Of a stretch of 64,000 bases of DNA, positions 62,538-64,000 are shown in pieces. Where the stretch lies: assembly GCA_030390025.1 (NCBI GenBank), contig CM059432.1, forward strand, positions 12,276,001-12,340,000, written 5' to 3'. The notes beneath the pieces are model-generated. The model was not told the DNA's origin. It ran no database searches and worked only from the letters and a program-made list of their open reading frames with translations. Made by a program: the position numbers and the translations under genes. This DNA is from Squalus acanthias (Eukaryota). Position 1 is the stretch's first letter. The number at the start of each line of letters is the position of its first letter.

Positions 62538-62544
62538 GAAGGGC

Positions 62545-62960
62545 GAGAGTGAGTAAGGACAGGAGGGTAGAGACACTGGAGAAATGGAGGCTACGGGAGG
62601 TTAGGTTGAAATCATTGAAGATGAAGAATTGCTCGATGCAGAGGCCAAGGGAGGAGAGCTCGTTGAGCAAGTGACGCAGGGCTTGGGAGAACTGAATACT
62701 ATGAATGAGAGTTGGGATGGATCGAAGAGGCTGAGGTACTCGAAGAAAAAGGTGCTAGAGGAAGAAAGGGCACGGGACTTGTTGATAAGAGCTGTGGCAC
62801 CACTGCACCGGCTTGAGATGGAATATATAATCAGGTGGGGAGGTTATGGTGAGGGGAAAGTGGTGTCACCGATAAACCACATTTGTTATTGCCAGGTTAT
62901 CCAGGTCATAGATGAAGAGGGCCTTACTTGGCCTTATTTGGAAGGAAATGAGCATTCTAT
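62545..62960 (-). mobile_element. Very degraded L2-like APE endonuclease remnant
   Basis: Minus-strand remnants NAHFLPNK, FEYL and FIFNDFNL (resembles LILGDFNL). Confidence 0.5.
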
Positions 62961-63286
62961 AGGGAGTGGGGTCATGATGAAAAGTCAACAAGTGGGTCAG
63001 TGGGAAGGGACATGGAAGAGGAGATTAGAGAGGTTAACTCCCAAGGAGCGAGCTGGGTAAGATGGCTGTCAGGAGTGGCGGGCGAGACAGTTGGTGTTGC
63101 TGCTCTGGGACAGCCACGCTGAGCATGGAGGAGAATGCCAAGGGAGGCACAGAGGGAAGCTGTGGGCTCAAACAGGGCCTCGAGCCATGGACGGCAACAG
63201 CAGAGAAGACAGGCTGAGTGGCAGTGCTGAGTGGAAGGATCGAAAGAGGCTTGCTGCTGGATAAGGGGAGGCGAAAGGACCACGGC

Positions 63287-63448
63287 CAACGTTCCCGTTA
63301 AGCGGGGCAGACGCGCAGCGGTCCGGAGGTCCCGCGCAGGCCGCTCACCGGCTTTTACACGGGAGAAACCGCGCATGCGTGAAAATTTGAATGGGCTGCG
63401 CAGCCCGTTAAAGGGGCCGTGCACCAAAAAAAAAGACAGGGAACGTCG
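63287..63448. mobile_element. 162-bp hAT-like MITE
   Basis: TIR caacgttccc/gggaacgtcg; 8-bp flanks accacggc vs gccatggc (6/8); CpG-rich interior. Confidence 0.6.
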
Positions 63449-64000
63449 GCCATGGCTGCTTGAGATGGAGGAGAAGAGCGGAAAGAGCAGCAAGCTAAGG
63501 AGGGGCAGCAAATGGCCTTAAGGGAAAATTGTGATGGGGGGGCTGGGTACCAGAACAGCAGTTGGTTATGCGTACACAAATGGCTGAACTCCACTGGCTT
63601 CTCGTCTTTACTCTGCTGCGGTGTTAGCTCTTGGACCAGTGGTAGCGTCAGGCATGGCAAGGAAGGATCATAGGGCGATGGCTGGTTTGGCAAAGGTAAC
63701 TCAGTCCAGATGGGAACCTCTCAGCAGGAGGCAGCAGTAGAATGCCAAACCTTTGTTCCTCTGCTAGCTTCCAGTGACAGCAAAGACCGGCAAGGGAGCA
63801 ACAGAAGAGTGAAGTCCAAGTTCAAGAGCCAGTAGAGCAGAGTTTGGTTAAGGAGTTCAGTTGGAGGAGTGGAGTGTGATCCAGCAAAATAGCGGAGGAG
63901 CAGAGTGAACCTAAGCAACCCAAAGCCGGGTCCAGCCCAGGACCTAGCGAATAGCCCAGGAAGCAAACACAGCAGCTAACTTTAGCCCAAGAGCTAACGC

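Overview
This is repeat-dense vertebrate DNA, almost certainly a cartilaginous fish (shark), judged from HE1/V-SINE, SacSINE1-type Deu-SINE, HER1/CR1, L2, RTE and Penelope-like repeats. The only host-gene sequence I can identify is one 55-bp minus-strand coding exon (5533-5587, FLDRIDQVRQNDYSPSDQ) of a Gs-class G-protein alpha gene (GNAL/GNAS family). The ORF track misses it. I found no other exon of the gene, so the rest of the window appears to be intron (>58 kb upstream, >5.5 kb downstream). Nearly all listed ORFs are retroelement debris or chance. The most striking non-coding signal is a set of minimal type-I hammerhead-ribozyme motifs carried by two Penelope-like families. Four are intact, and three of those are sense to the host pre-mRNA. 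The two family-B copies differ by a compensatory stem-I base pair, and one family-A copy is split by a SINE next to its cleavage triplet. Other notable items: hairpin-rich MITEs with internal splice signals, an RTE LINE with a 5' inversion, a near-identical inverted HE1 pair, local duplications and candidate enhancers. Repeat boundaries are approximate, and family names come from recognition by eye, not from a database search.
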